DNA of 64,000 nt, taken from positions 768,001 through 832,000 of the forward strand of contig CAVSGO010000007.1 of the NCBI GenBank assembly GCA_963727525.1. The letters run 5' to 3'. Position numbers and translations under genes: made by a program. The DNA is from an uncultured bacterium. Lineage in GTDB: Bacteria > Krumholzibacteriota > Krumholzibacteriia > LZORAL124-64-63. This document shows positions 54,857-63,438 of the stretch, piece by piece; within the stretch, counting starts at the first letter, position 1, and every line of letters starts with the position of its first letter. Below the pieces are notes generated by a model. That model did no database searches and had not been told where the DNA came from. It saw only the letters and a list, made by a program, of their open reading frames with translations.

Positions 54857-56344
54857 ATGTCACAGGGCCGCATCCTGGTCGTCGATGACGAAGAATCCAT
54901 GTGCCAGTACCTGTCGATCCTCCTGAGCAAGGAGGGTTACGAGGTCGCCACCGCCACCTCCGGCGTGGCCGCGCTCCAGCACCTCGAGGGCAACGCGTGC
55001 GACGTGGTCATGACCGATATCCAGATGCCCAAGATGGACGGGATCCAGCTCCTGAAGGGCGTTCGGGCGATCGAACCGGGCATGCCCGTGGTCATCATGA
55101 CCGCTTACGCCACGGAGCAGACGGCGATCGACGCGGTGAACCTGGGCGCCTTCTCGTACCTGCAGAAGCATTGCAAGAATGACGACATCAAGATGGTCGT
55201 CCGCAACGCGCTGCAGCTGCGTCGCGCGGAGTCGGAGAACAAGCTGCTACGCCGCGAGCTGAAGGGCAAGAAGAGCCGCCAGCGCATCATCGGCCAGAGC
55301 ATGCGCATGCGCGCGGTCTTCAAGATGATCGACAAGATCGCTGGTACGCCGGCCACCGTGCTCATCAACGGCGACAGCGGCACCGGCAAGGAACTCGTGG
55401 CGCGGGCGATCCACGACCGCAGCCGCCGCGCGGGCGGGGCCTTCGTGGCGATCAACTGCGGGGCGATCCCGGAAACCCTGCTCGAGAGCCAGCTCTTCGG
55501 CCACGTGCGCGGCTCGTTCACCGGGGCCGACCGGGACCACGACGGCTTCTGCCAGCAGGCCAACGGCGGCACCATCTTCCTGGACGAGATCGGCGAGATG
55601 CCCCAGAGCACCCAGGTCAAGCTGCTGCGCATGCTCCAGGAGCGCGAGGTGATCCCCGTGGGTAGCTCCACGCCGGTGAAGGTGGACCTGCGGGTGATCG
55701 CGGCCACCAACCGCGATCTCGAGGCCGGCGTCGCGGCAGGCAACTTCCGCACCGATCTCTACTTCCGCCTCAACGTGATCCCTCTCGAACTGCCGCCCCT
55801 GCGCGACCGTACCGAGGACATCCCGCTGCTCGTCGACCACTTCCTGCGTCGCTGCTGCCCCGACGACTACAAGGGCAATCTCAGCACGATGATGGACGAC
55901 GACACGATGCGTGCCCTGCAGAACTACGAGTGGCCGGGCAATGTGCGCGAGCTGGAGAACGTGATCGAACGCGTCAGCATCATGCGCGACGGCCCCCGGG
56001 TCACCCTGCGCGACCTACCCGCCATGATCGCTCAGCCCGGCGCAGAGATGGAACCCTCCCACACTCTGGTGGGCGGCATGGTCACCCTGGAGGAGCTGGA
56101 GAAGGCCCACATCCTCAAGGTGCTCGAGGCCGTGGGCGGTCACAAGAAGCGCGCGGCCGAGGTGCTGGCGATCAACCCCTCGACCCTCTATCGCAAGCTC
56201 CTGCGCTATGGCGTGAACGACATGACAGACGAGGATCGCGCCGAGTTCGGATGCGACGAAACGGACGCCATGGTGGCCGCGGTGGAGGCCTTGCGCGCCG
56301 TGGAGTCGGAGGAGTCGGAAGAAAATTCCCTGGTCGGCCATTAA
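54857..56344 (+). CDS. pilR: Sigma54-dependent response regulator, PilR-like
   Basis: REC domain, GDSGTGKEL, GSFTGA, FLDEIGE, WPGNVRELEN, C-terminal HTH. Confidence 0.9.
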   Translation: MSQGRILVVDDEESMCQYLSILLSKEGYEVATATSGVAALQHLEGNACDVVMTDIQMPKMDGIQLLKGVRAIEPGMPVVIMTAYATEQTAIDAVNLGAFSYLQKHCKNDDIKMVVRNALQLRRAESENKLLRRELKGKKSRQRIIGQSMRMRAVFKMIDKIAGTPATVLINGDSGTGKELVARAIHDRSRRAGGAFVAINCGAIPETLLESQLFGHVRGSFTGADRDHDGFCQQANGGTIFLDEIGEMPQSTQVKLLRMLQEREVIPVGSSTPVKVDLRVIAATNRDLEAGVAAGNFRTDLYFRLNVIPLELPPLRDRTEDIPLLVDHFLRRCCPDDYKGNLSTMMDDDTMRALQNYEWPGNVRELENVIERVSIMRDGPRVTLRDLPAMIAQPGAEMEPSHTLVGGMVTLEELEKAHILKVLEAVGGHKKRAAEVLAINPSTLYRKLLRYGVNDMTDEDRAEFGCDETDAMVAAVEALRAVESEESEENSLVGH

Positions 56345-56476
56345 CTGGCACGGGTTGCCGGGAATCCGGCATCCTGCACGCGCGAATCGCTGATAATGCA
56401 CGGCAAGAGAACGCGCGTGAATATATAAGTTGCTGTGGAGCATTGCGTTGCCGCGGAAGGCGGGCCCGCCGAAACC

Positions 56477-56492
56477 TGGCACGGCCATTGCA
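56477..56492 (+). promoter_or_regulatory. Sigma54 (-24/-12) promoter of pilA
   Basis: TGGCAC-GGCCA-TTGCA, a consensus match with correct GG-N10-GC spacing, between pilR and pilA. Confidence 0.85.
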
Positions 56493-56573
56493 AACACACC
56501 ACCGGCATCAGCGGACACCCGGGGGCACGGGGCCCTCAACCCTGGTCGCAATGACCGGAACAAGGAGGAAGGC

Positions 56574-56975
56574 ATGAATCGCAAGGGCTTTACGTTGATT
56601 GAGCTCATGATCGTGGTCGTCATCATCGGCATCCTGGCCGCCATCGCGATCCCCAACTTCATCGCCATGCAGGACCGCGCCAAGGAAGCCAAGGTCAAGA
56701 GCGCCGCGCACACCACGCAGCTCGCGGCCGAGGACTGGGCCGTGCGGAACGATGGCATCTACGGCGTCATCGGTGACCTGACCGCGCTGTTCCCCGGCGG
56801 CGTGCTGCTCGACAACGCGTTCACCGGCAACGCGACCGAGCCTTCGGCTGCCGTGGCCGCGGCTGCTGGCCAGATCGGCTACGCGCCGACGGTCCAGGGC
56901 GGCGTGAACGTGGGCTACACGATCACCGGCTTCGGCAAGATTGCCACGGTGATCACGCTGTCCAGCGGCTCCTAG
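56574..56975 (+). CDS. pilA: Type IVa major pilin
   Basis: AAGGAGG RBS, MNRKG|FTLIELMIVVVIIGILAAIAIPNF class III signal, 133 aa. Confidence 0.95.
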   Translation: MNRKGFTLIELMIVVVIIGILAAIAIPNFIAMQDRAKEAKVKSAAHTTQLAAEDWAVRNDGIYGVIGDLTALFPGGVLLDNAFTGNATEPSAAVAAAAGQIGYAPTVQGGVNVGYTITGFGKIATVITLSSGS

Positions 56976-56996
56976 TCGATTCGCAGTCCAGCACCC

Positions 56997-57034
56997 GAGA
57001 CGGACCCCCTCCCACGGGGTCCGTCTCTCTTGGT
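56997..57034 (+). terminator. Hairpin / probable intrinsic terminator after pilA
   Basis: Perfect 12-bp stem GAGACGGACCCC (56997-57008) / GGGGTCCGTCTC (57016-57027) followed by TCTTGGT. Confidence 0.7.
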
Positions 57035-57035
57035 G

Positions 57036-57051
57036 TGGCACGTCTGTTGCC
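57036..57051 (+). promoter_or_regulatory. Putative sigma54 promoter for the ABC-permease-TPR-pilD genes
   Basis: TGGCAC-GTCTG-TTGCC with correct spacing, about 50 nt before ATG 57103. Confidence 0.6.
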
Positions 57052-57102
57052 ACGGTAGGAGCGGAACGCCGGATACCGACGACATTCAGCCGCGAGGACG
57101 TC

Positions 57103-58092
57103 ATGATCGACACCACGGTGACCAGAAACCAGGCAGAGCCGACCGCCGCGGTCGCGCCCCGGACGGCCTCGGCCCTGGTCGTCAACGACCTTCACAAGAC
57201 CTATCGCCAGGGCTTCTGGGGGCGGCGGGCGAAGCCGGCGGTGGCCGGCGTGAGCTTCGCCGTGCCGCGCGGCTCGGTCTTCGCCCTGCTGGGGCACAAC
57301 GGGGCGGGCAAGACGACGACGATGAAGGCCCTGCTGGGGCTCATTCGCCCCGACCGCGGCACGCTGACGATCGAGGGTGTGGATGCGAACCGTCCGGCGT
57401 CGCGTGCACGGGTGGGCTACCTGCCCGAGTCGCCGCACTTTCCCGAGAATCTCAGCGTGCGCGAGTTGCTCGACTACTATGGTCGGTTGTACACGATGCC
57501 CGCCGCGCAGCGCCGCGCGCGTATCGATGCGTGCCTCGCGCAGGTGCAGATGAGCGAGTTCGCGGGCCGGCGCGTGGGCGCGTGTTCCAAGGGCATGCGC
57601 CAGCGCGTCGGGCTCGCCCAGGCCCTGCTCAACGAACCCGCGGTGCTGATCCTCGACGAGCCGCAATCGGGCCTCGATCCGCTCGGGCGCAAGCAGGTGC
57701 GTGAGATCCTGCTCGCGCAGAAACGCGCCGGCGTCACCATCCTCTTCTCTTCCCACATCGTGCCCGATGTGGAGGCGGTGGCCGACCAGGTGGCCATGCT
57801 GCACCATGGTCGGCTCACCGAGATTCGCGACCTGGCCCATACCGGCGCAGCCACGCGCTATCGTGCGCGTATTCGCCGTCCGGCCGCCGGCAGCGAAGCC
57901 GCGCGGCTGCTGGCGGGGTGCACCGTCGACGAGCTCGACGCCCAGCGCTGCGACGTCACGGTTGCCGACGCTGGCGAACTGGGCAACCTGCTCGTCGCCT
58001 GCGCCGCCGACGCCGTCGAGGTACTCCACGTGGCCAGCGTGGACACCGATCTCGAGAGCGACTTCCTCGCGAAGCTGGGGGTGGGGTCATGA
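57103..58092 (+). CDS. ABC transporter ATP-binding protein (Myxococcus PilH-like)
   Basis: GHNGAGKTT, SKGMRQR, ILDEPQSGLDP and SSH motifs, located next to pilA. Confidence 0.92.
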   Translation: MIDTTVTRNQAEPTAAVAPRTASALVVNDLHKTYRQGFWGRRAKPAVAGVSFAVPRGSVFALLGHNGAGKTTTMKALLGLIRPDRGTLTIEGVDANRPASRARVGYLPESPHFPENLSVRELLDYYGRLYTMPAAQRRARIDACLAQVQMSEFAGRRVGACSKGMRQRVGLAQALLNEPAVLILDEPQSGLDPLGRKQVREILLAQKRAGVTILFSSHIVPDVEAVADQVAMLHHGRLTEIRDLAHTGAATRYRARIRRPAAGSEAARLLAGCTVDELDAQRCDVTVADAGELGNLLVACAADAVEVLHVASVDTDLESDFLAKLGVGS

Positions 58093-58868
58093 TGACGGAA
58101 TCCCTGGCACGTGTGGCTGCCGTGGCCGACGGCACCTTCCGCGAGGCGGTGCGCGACCGGCTCTTTGCCCTCGTCGGGTTCTTCGGGCTGCTGCTCGTGG
58201 CCGCCACCACGGTGCTTGCGCCGCTCACCGTGGGCGCGCAGGCCAAGATCGTGGCCGACGTCGGCCTGGCCGGCATGGCGCTCTTCGGACTGCTCGTCGT
58301 GGTGCTCGTGGGCAGCAATCTCGTGCGCAAGGAGATCGACCGCCGCACCCTCGTCACCGTGCTCACCAAGCCGGTGGCGCGCACCGAGTACCTGCTGGGC
58401 AAGTACGCGGGGCTCGCGCTCACGGTGCTGGTCATGCTCGCGCTGATGGGCCTGATCTATCTGGGCGCGGTGGCGCTCACGCCGGCCACCCTGAGCGGGA
58501 CGCTGGCGAGTGCGATGGTGCTGGTCTTCCTCGAGCTGCTGGTGCTGACGGCGGCGGCGCTCACGTTCTCCCTGCTCGTCTCGCCGGCCCTGGCCGCCGT
58601 GTTCTCGCTCGCGTTCTACGCGATCGGTCACCTGAGCACGTCGTTGCTGGCCTTCGGCGAGATGGGTGGTCCCGGGTTGCGCCGCACCGTGTGCCGCGCC
58701 GTATTCGCGGTGCTGCCCAACCTCGAGTTCTTCAATCGCCGCGCGGACGTGGTGCACGGCGACCCCGTCGGTCTGGGTTATCTCGGGCTGGCCGCGCTCT
58801 ACGCCGGCGTGTACGTGATGCTCTTCCTGCTCCTGGCCCGCGCGCTCTTTGCGCGCAAGGAACTGTGA
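58089..58868 (+). CDS. ABC-2 type permease (Myxococcus PilI-like)
   Basis: FREAVRDR, KEIDRRTL.TVLTKPV.R.EYLLGKY and LPNLE motifs, about six TMs, ATGA overlap. Confidence 0.88.
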   Translation: MMTESLARVAAVADGTFREAVRDRLFALVGFFGLLLVAATTVLAPLTVGAQAKIVADVGLAGMALFGLLVVVLVGSNLVRKEIDRRTLVTVLTKPVARTEYLLGKYAGLALTVLVMLALMGLIYLGAVALTPATLSGTLASAMVLVFLELLVLTAAALTFSLLVSPALAAVFSLAFYAIGHLSTSLLAFGEMGGPGLRRTVCRAVFAVLPNLEFFNRRADVVHGDPVGLGYLGLAALYAGVYVMLFLLLARALFARKEL

Positions 58869-59569
58869 TGCGCGCGTTGTGGGGCGTGGTGGCACTCGCG
58901 CTCGTCGCGTCGGCGCCGCTGCTGCAGCACCAACTCGCCGCGCAACCGCGATCCGAACGTGCGCAGGAGCGTCTGTACTATCCCGACGGCGCGCATCTGC
59001 ACGCGGCGTCGCTCGGCTTCAGCGCGCCGGCAGCCGACTACCTCTGGCTGCAGACCACGCAGTACTACGGCGCCTATCGCTGCGGCGAGCACGACCTGCA
59101 GTATTTCGACGGCCTGGTCGCCGCCGTCACGCAACTCGACCCGCGCTTCGTCGACGCCTACGTCTTCTACTCCCTGGTCCTCTGCATGGACACCGGCGAG
59201 TACGACCACGCCGTCGACCAGCTCAAGCGCGGTATCCTCGCCAATCCCGGCGACTGGCAGTTGCCCTTCAACGTGGGCTTCATCTACTACGTCTTCGAGC
59301 ATCGGTACGACGAGGCCTCGATGTGGTTCGAGCACGCGGCCAGCCTCGACGGTGCCAGCGACTTCTGCCGCCGCTTCGCCGCGTTCGCCAAGCGGCGCAG
59401 CGGCGATCGTCGGGGCTCGTTGTTGCTGTGGCAGGAACTGCGTCGCACCACCGATAGTCCGGACATGCGGGCCCTCGCCGACACGATGATCGGCAAGCTG
59501 CAAGGCGAAATGCAGAACGACGGGTTGCCGCAGCACGCACCGTCGAATCCCGCGAAAGCAGGTCTGTGA
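58868..59569 (+). CDS. TPR-like pilus accessory membrane protein (Myxococcus PilG-like)
   Basis: N-terminal TM, ADYLWLQTTQYYG, LDPRFVDAY, KRGILANPGDWQL.FNVGF.YY motifs. Confidence 0.75.
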   Translation: MRALWGVVALALVASAPLLQHQLAAQPRSERAQERLYYPDGAHLHAASLGFSAPAADYLWLQTTQYYGAYRCGEHDLQYFDGLVAAVTQLDPRFVDAYVFYSLVLCMDTGEYDHAVDQLKRGILANPGDWQLPFNVGFIYYVFEHRYDEASMWFEHAASLDGASDFCRRFAAFAKRRSGDRRGSLLLWQELRRTTDSPDMRALADTMIGKLQGEMQNDGLPQHAPSNPAKAGL

Positions 59570-60330
59570 TGACCCTCGTGATCGTCCTTGCCGCACTTCT
59601 CGGGGCCTGCCTGGGCAGCTTCGGGAACGTGCTCATCTACCGTTTGCCCCGCAACGAGAGCCCGGCCCGCGGCCGCTCGCGCTGCCCCGCGTGCGGGGAG
59701 ACCATCGCTTGGTACGACAACGTTCCCGTGCTGAGCTGGGTCCTGCTGCGCGGCCATTGTCGCCGCTGCCACACCGGCATCAGCGTACGCTATCCGCTGG
59801 TCGAACTGGCCGGGGCGGCCTTCGCCACCTTGGCCGTCGCCCTGCTCGGACTGACCTGGGCGGCCCTCGCGGCTTTCATCTTCCTCTACCTGCTGGGCGC
59901 GATCGCCCTGATCGACTGGCAGCACATGATCATCCCGCACACCCTCTCGGTGGCGGGCATGGCCTGCGGCCTCGCCCTCGCGCCTCGCACCGGCCTCGGG
60001 ATCGGGCATGCGTTGCTCGGGATGGGGGTGGGCGCGGCCGTGGTGCTGGCCCTGTCGTACGGCTACAAGCTGGTGCGCGGACAGGTAGGCATGGGTGACG
60101 GCGATGCCATGCTCATGGCCATGGTGGGCGCGTTCCTCGGACCCTGGGGCGTGGTGGGGGTGCTGGGGGGCGGCGCGCTGCTGGGCACGCTCTACGCCGT
60201 GGTGCGCGGCGGCGGACGCCTGGCCGGCGAGGCCAAGCTTCCCTTCGGCACTTTTCTCGCGGCGGCGGCGGCGGTGGTCTTCTGGGCCGGACCCGCGATC
60301 TGGCACTGGTATTCCGGCCTGTTCGCGTGA
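59569..60330 (+). CDS. pilD: Prepilin peptidase / N-methyltransferase
   Basis: GSFGNVLIYRLP, SRCPAC, NVPVLSW..LRGHCRRC, IDWQH and GMGDGD aspartate motifs, LPFGTFL. Confidence 0.95.
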   Translation: MTLVIVLAALLGACLGSFGNVLIYRLPRNESPARGRSRCPACGETIAWYDNVPVLSWVLLRGHCRRCHTGISVRYPLVELAGAAFATLAVALLGLTWAALAAFIFLYLLGAIALIDWQHMIIPHTLSVAGMACGLALAPRTGLGIGHALLGMGVGAAVVLALSYGYKLVRGQVGMGDGDAMLMAMVGAFLGPWGVVGVLGGGALLGTLYAVVRGGGRLAGEAKLPFGTFLAAAAAVVFWAGPAIWHWYSGLFA

Positions 60331-60451
60331 TGCGGCAGCTTCTGCCGCCGCGCGTGCACGATGCACAGGCGGTGGGTCTCGATGGCGCCTTCTGCCCACC
60401 ATCTCCCGGCGATAACGCTCAAGTGCCCTTGATTCCGGACGATTCAACTTC

Positions 60452-60467
60452 TGGCATGCATGTTGCC
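60452..60467 (+). promoter_or_regulatory. Putative sigma54 promoter of pilMNOPQ
   Basis: TGGCAT-GCATG-TTGCC with correct GG-N10-GC spacing in the pilD-pilM intergenic region. Confidence 0.65.
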
Positions 60468-60533
60468 CCGTGATGCGGGCGGCGCCCGATCCGGGCGTGA
60501 TGGGATCGATCACCAGTCTAGAGGACGGCAGCG

Positions 60534-61700
60534 ATGTTCGGATTCCTCAAGCCAAAACCCAAGGCCCTCATCGGCCTGGATATCGGCTCCAACGTGGTCA
60601 AGTGCATCCGGCTGGATCTCACCAAGCCGCGGCCCGTGGTCACGCATTTCGCCATGGAAGATCTGCCGCCCGAGGCGATCGTCGATGGCGAGATCATGGA
60701 TCGCGACCTCGTGATCCAGGCCGTCACGGCCTGCGCCGCCAAGGCGAACCTGCCCAAGGAGCCTGTGGCCACCGCAGTGTCCGGGCGCGCCGTGATCGTG
60801 AAGAAGATCGTGATGGACAAGATGAGCGAGGACGACGCGCGCGAGGCCATCTACTGGGAGGCCGAGCAGCACGTGCCCTTCGACATCGACGACATCACGC
60901 TCGATTTCCAGATCCTCAACGGCGACATCGGTGCGGGCCAGATGGAGATCCTGCTCGTCGCCGCCAAGAAGGACATGGTGCAGAGCCACGCCGAATTGAT
61001 CCGCGACGCCGGTTTCGTGCCGCGGGTGATCGACGTGGCGTCGTTCGCCAACCAGAACGCCTGGGAGTTCCTGCACGACCTGGCCACCGAGCCGGCGGCC
61101 GCGGGCGAACCGGGCGGCCCGGCCATCGCCGGAGACGCGGACGAACTGGTCGAGCCCGCCGACGAGGGGGACCTGCCGGACGAAGAAGAGACCGCGGGCG
61201 AGTTCGTAGCCCTCCTGGATGTGGGCGGTGGCGTCACCAACGTGCACATCGTCAAGGACGGCGCGCCCTACTTCACGCGCGACCTGCCCATCGGCACGAG
61301 CCACTTCATCGAGGAGTTCCAGAAGCAGCTCGGCCTCACCTACGACACGGCCCAGCGCGTGGCTCGCGGGCACACCGACGAGGTCGATGCCCAGCTTGTT
61401 ACCGATATCGTCCGCTCCGTGGGCGCGGACATCTTTCAGGGCCTGGAGCCCTCGCTCTCCTATCTGAAAACCTCCGGCGAGGCCGAGGGTATCGACCGCA
61501 TCGTCCTCAGCGGCGGTGGTGCCAAGTTGCCTGGCCTGCTCGAATATCTCGGCGAGTGCTACCACGCTGCGGCCGAGATCGCCGACCCCATCAGCAACCT
61601 CGATTTCGATCCGGCCGTGTTCGGCGAGGTCGATCCCGAGGAGCTGAGTCCCATGCTCACGGTCAGCGTGGGCCTGGCGCTGCGAAAGGCGGTGGATTAG
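60534..61700 (+). CDS. pilM: Type IV pilus alignment protein PilM
   Basis: IGLDIGS, EAEQHVPF, LLVAAKK, LLDVGG, LSGGGA and VGLALR actin-like motifs. Confidence 0.93.
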   Translation: MFGFLKPKPKALIGLDIGSNVVKCIRLDLTKPRPVVTHFAMEDLPPEAIVDGEIMDRDLVIQAVTACAAKANLPKEPVATAVSGRAVIVKKIVMDKMSEDDAREAIYWEAEQHVPFDIDDITLDFQILNGDIGAGQMEILLVAAKKDMVQSHAELIRDAGFVPRVIDVASFANQNAWEFLHDLATEPAAAGEPGGPAIAGDADELVEPADEGDLPDEEETAGEFVALLDVGGGVTNVHIVKDGAPYFTRDLPIGTSHFIEEFQKQLGLTYDTAQRVARGHTDEVDAQLVTDIVRSVGADIFQGLEPSLSYLKTSGEAEGIDRIVLSGGGAKLPGLLEYLGECYHAAAEIADPISNLDFDPAVFGEVDPEELSPMLTVSVGLALRKAVD

Positions 61701-62279
61701 ATGATCCGCATCAACCTGCTGCCGCGCGACGAGGTCCCCGCGAACCGCAGTCTGAAGATACCGAGCCTCAGCACCTTCGCACCGCTCGTGCTGATCGCGA
61801 TCGCGGTGGGCGCGATGACCGTGATGTCGGTCTATCAGAACCAGAAGATCGGCTCGCTCCAGCAAGCCATCGCCGCCGACGAGGCGGAGAGCCGTCGCCT
61901 GGCGCCGGAGATCGCCAAGATCAAGCGCCTTGACGAGCAGCGTCAGAGCCTCAACCAGCGTCTCGACGTGATCACCGCTCTCGACCGCGATCGCTACTTC
62001 CGGGTGCACCTGCTCGACGAGCTGAACCGCGCGCTGCCCAGCAACATGTGGCTGATCCGATGCGAGAACACGAGTGGCGACAGCTACTCCATCGAGGGTG
62101 TGACCTTCTCGAATTTCCTGATCAGCGACCTGCTGCAGAATCTCGCGCGCTCGCCCTATTTCGACGGCGTGAGCCTGCAGATCGCCGAACGCGGCACGAT
62201 CGAGGACGTCGACGTGGTCAAGTTCAAGCTAGCGACGCGGGGCGTGCGCACGCCGCCCACCGCGACGTTCGGAGGCTGA
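61701..62279 (+). CDS. pilN: Type IV pilus alignment protein PilN
   Basis: MIRINLLP signature, TM, coiled coil, LPSNMWL. Confidence 0.92.
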   Translation: MIRINLLPRDEVPANRSLKIPSLSTFAPLVLIAIAVGAMTVMSVYQNQKIGSLQQAIAADEAESRRLAPEIAKIKRLDEQRQSLNQRLDVITALDRDRYFRVHLLDELNRALPSNMWLIRCENTSGDSYSIEGVTFSNFLISDLLQNLARSPYFDGVSLQIAERGTIEDVDVVKFKLATRGVRTPPTATFGG

Positions 62280-62282
62280 GTC

Positions 62283-62951
62283 GTGGATATCGACATCAAG
62301 GACCCCAAGCTTCTACGCTGGGCCGGGGCCGTGCTGGTCGTCCTCGTGGTGGTGCCGCTGTTTTTCATGTCGAGCGCCTACCCGATCACGTACGCCGCGC
62401 GGCAGACGAAGGTGCATGAGCTGGAGGCGCGGCACGAGGCGCTGGGCCGTGACCTCGAGAAGGCGCATCTGCTGGTGCGCAACCTCGCGCGCGTGGAGCA
62501 CGAATACGAGATCCTGCACGACCAGTGGGACGTGGCCAGCACGTTGCTGCCCGAGCAGAACGAGATGCCCAACCTGCTGCGCAAGGTGACGGCGGCGGGC
62601 AAGCAGTCGGGCATCGACTTCAAGCTGTTCCGGCCGGAACCGCTGGTTCCGCACCAGTTCTACACCGACAACCCGGTGGCGATCAAGGTCGTGGGCGGTT
62701 ACCACCAGACCGGCGTCTTCCTGAGCCGTCTGGCCAACCTGAACCGCATCGTCAACGTGGAGAACCTGAAGATGGTGGGCGCCACCGGCGACAAGGTCGG
62801 CGCGAACACTGTCGAGACCGAATTGACCCTGACGGCTTACACCCTGGGCGGCACCGGCGTCCCTGTGACCGATGGTCAGGGACGTCAGCTGGCCAGCGCG
62901 TCCGCCACCCCGGCACCGGCAACGGCGAAGACGTCGGCCGTAAAGAACTAG
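62283..62951 (+). CDS. pilO: Type IV pilus alignment protein PilO
   Basis: TM, coiled coil, LP.QNEMPNLL, FY...PV.I.V.GGYH..G.F...LANLNRIVNV. Confidence 0.92.
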   Translation: MDIDIKDPKLLRWAGAVLVVLVVVPLFFMSSAYPITYAARQTKVHELEARHEALGRDLEKAHLLVRNLARVEHEYEILHDQWDVASTLLPEQNEMPNLLRKVTAAGKQSGIDFKLFRPEPLVPHQFYTDNPVAIKVVGGYHQTGVFLSRLANLNRIVNVENLKMVGATGDKVGANTVETELTLTAYTLGGTGVPVTDGQGRQLASASATPAPATAKTSAVKN

Positions 62952-62961
62952 GAGACCGACC

Positions 62962-63438
62962 ATGCTCCGCATGATGCTGCGCTTCGTCATCGCACTCGTC
63001 GCCGCCATGGCGCTGGGCATGACCGTCTTCGCGGTCGACAACGCCAAGGCGCAAACCGACGAGTCGACCGGCGCGTCGCCCTCGCAGGAGGCGCGCGAGC
63101 GGATCAACGAGATCCGGGCCAACGAGTTTTTCTACCAGTCGTACGGCAAGGTCGACCCGTTCAAGCAGCTCGTCAACGGCAAATACGAGCAGGCTTCGGG
63201 CGCCGCCGAACTGGTCGATCTCAACAGCGCCAAGCTGGTGGGCGTGATGTGGGGCGAGGCCGATAGCTTTGCCCTCGTGGAGGACGGCGCAGGCTTCGGT
63301 TACATCCTGCGCGTCGGCGATCGTGTTCGCAACGGCCGCGTCGTGAGCATCCGGAAAGACGCCTTGACGGCCAGTATCACCCTGTACGGGATCACCAATT
63401 CGGTGGTCCTCAAACTCGACAAAGCGGAGGACAAGTGA
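62962..63438 (+). CDS. pilP: PilP-like protein
   Basis: YQSYGKVDPF, LVGVMWG, ALVEDG.G.GYILRVGD...NGRVVSI motifs, between pilO and the secretin. Confidence 0.8.
   Translation: MLRMMLRFVIALVAAMALGMTVFAVDNAKAQTDESTGASPSQEARERINEIRANEFFYQSYGKVDPFKQLVNGKYEQASGAAELVDLNSAKLVGVMWGEADSFALVEDGAGFGYILRVGDRVRNGRVVSIRKDALTASITLYGITNSVVLKLDKAEDK

Noticed and set aside
56346-56358. TGGCAC-GGG-TTGC as a fourth sigma54 promoter
   Set aside because: The spacer is 3 nt instead of 5, and sigma54 spacing is strict.
56574-56975. Possible electrically conductive (e-pilus) pilin
   Set aside because: Only 9 F/Y/W in 128 mature residues (about 7%) and Met rather than Tyr at position 27, so it does not meet the usual aromatic criteria.
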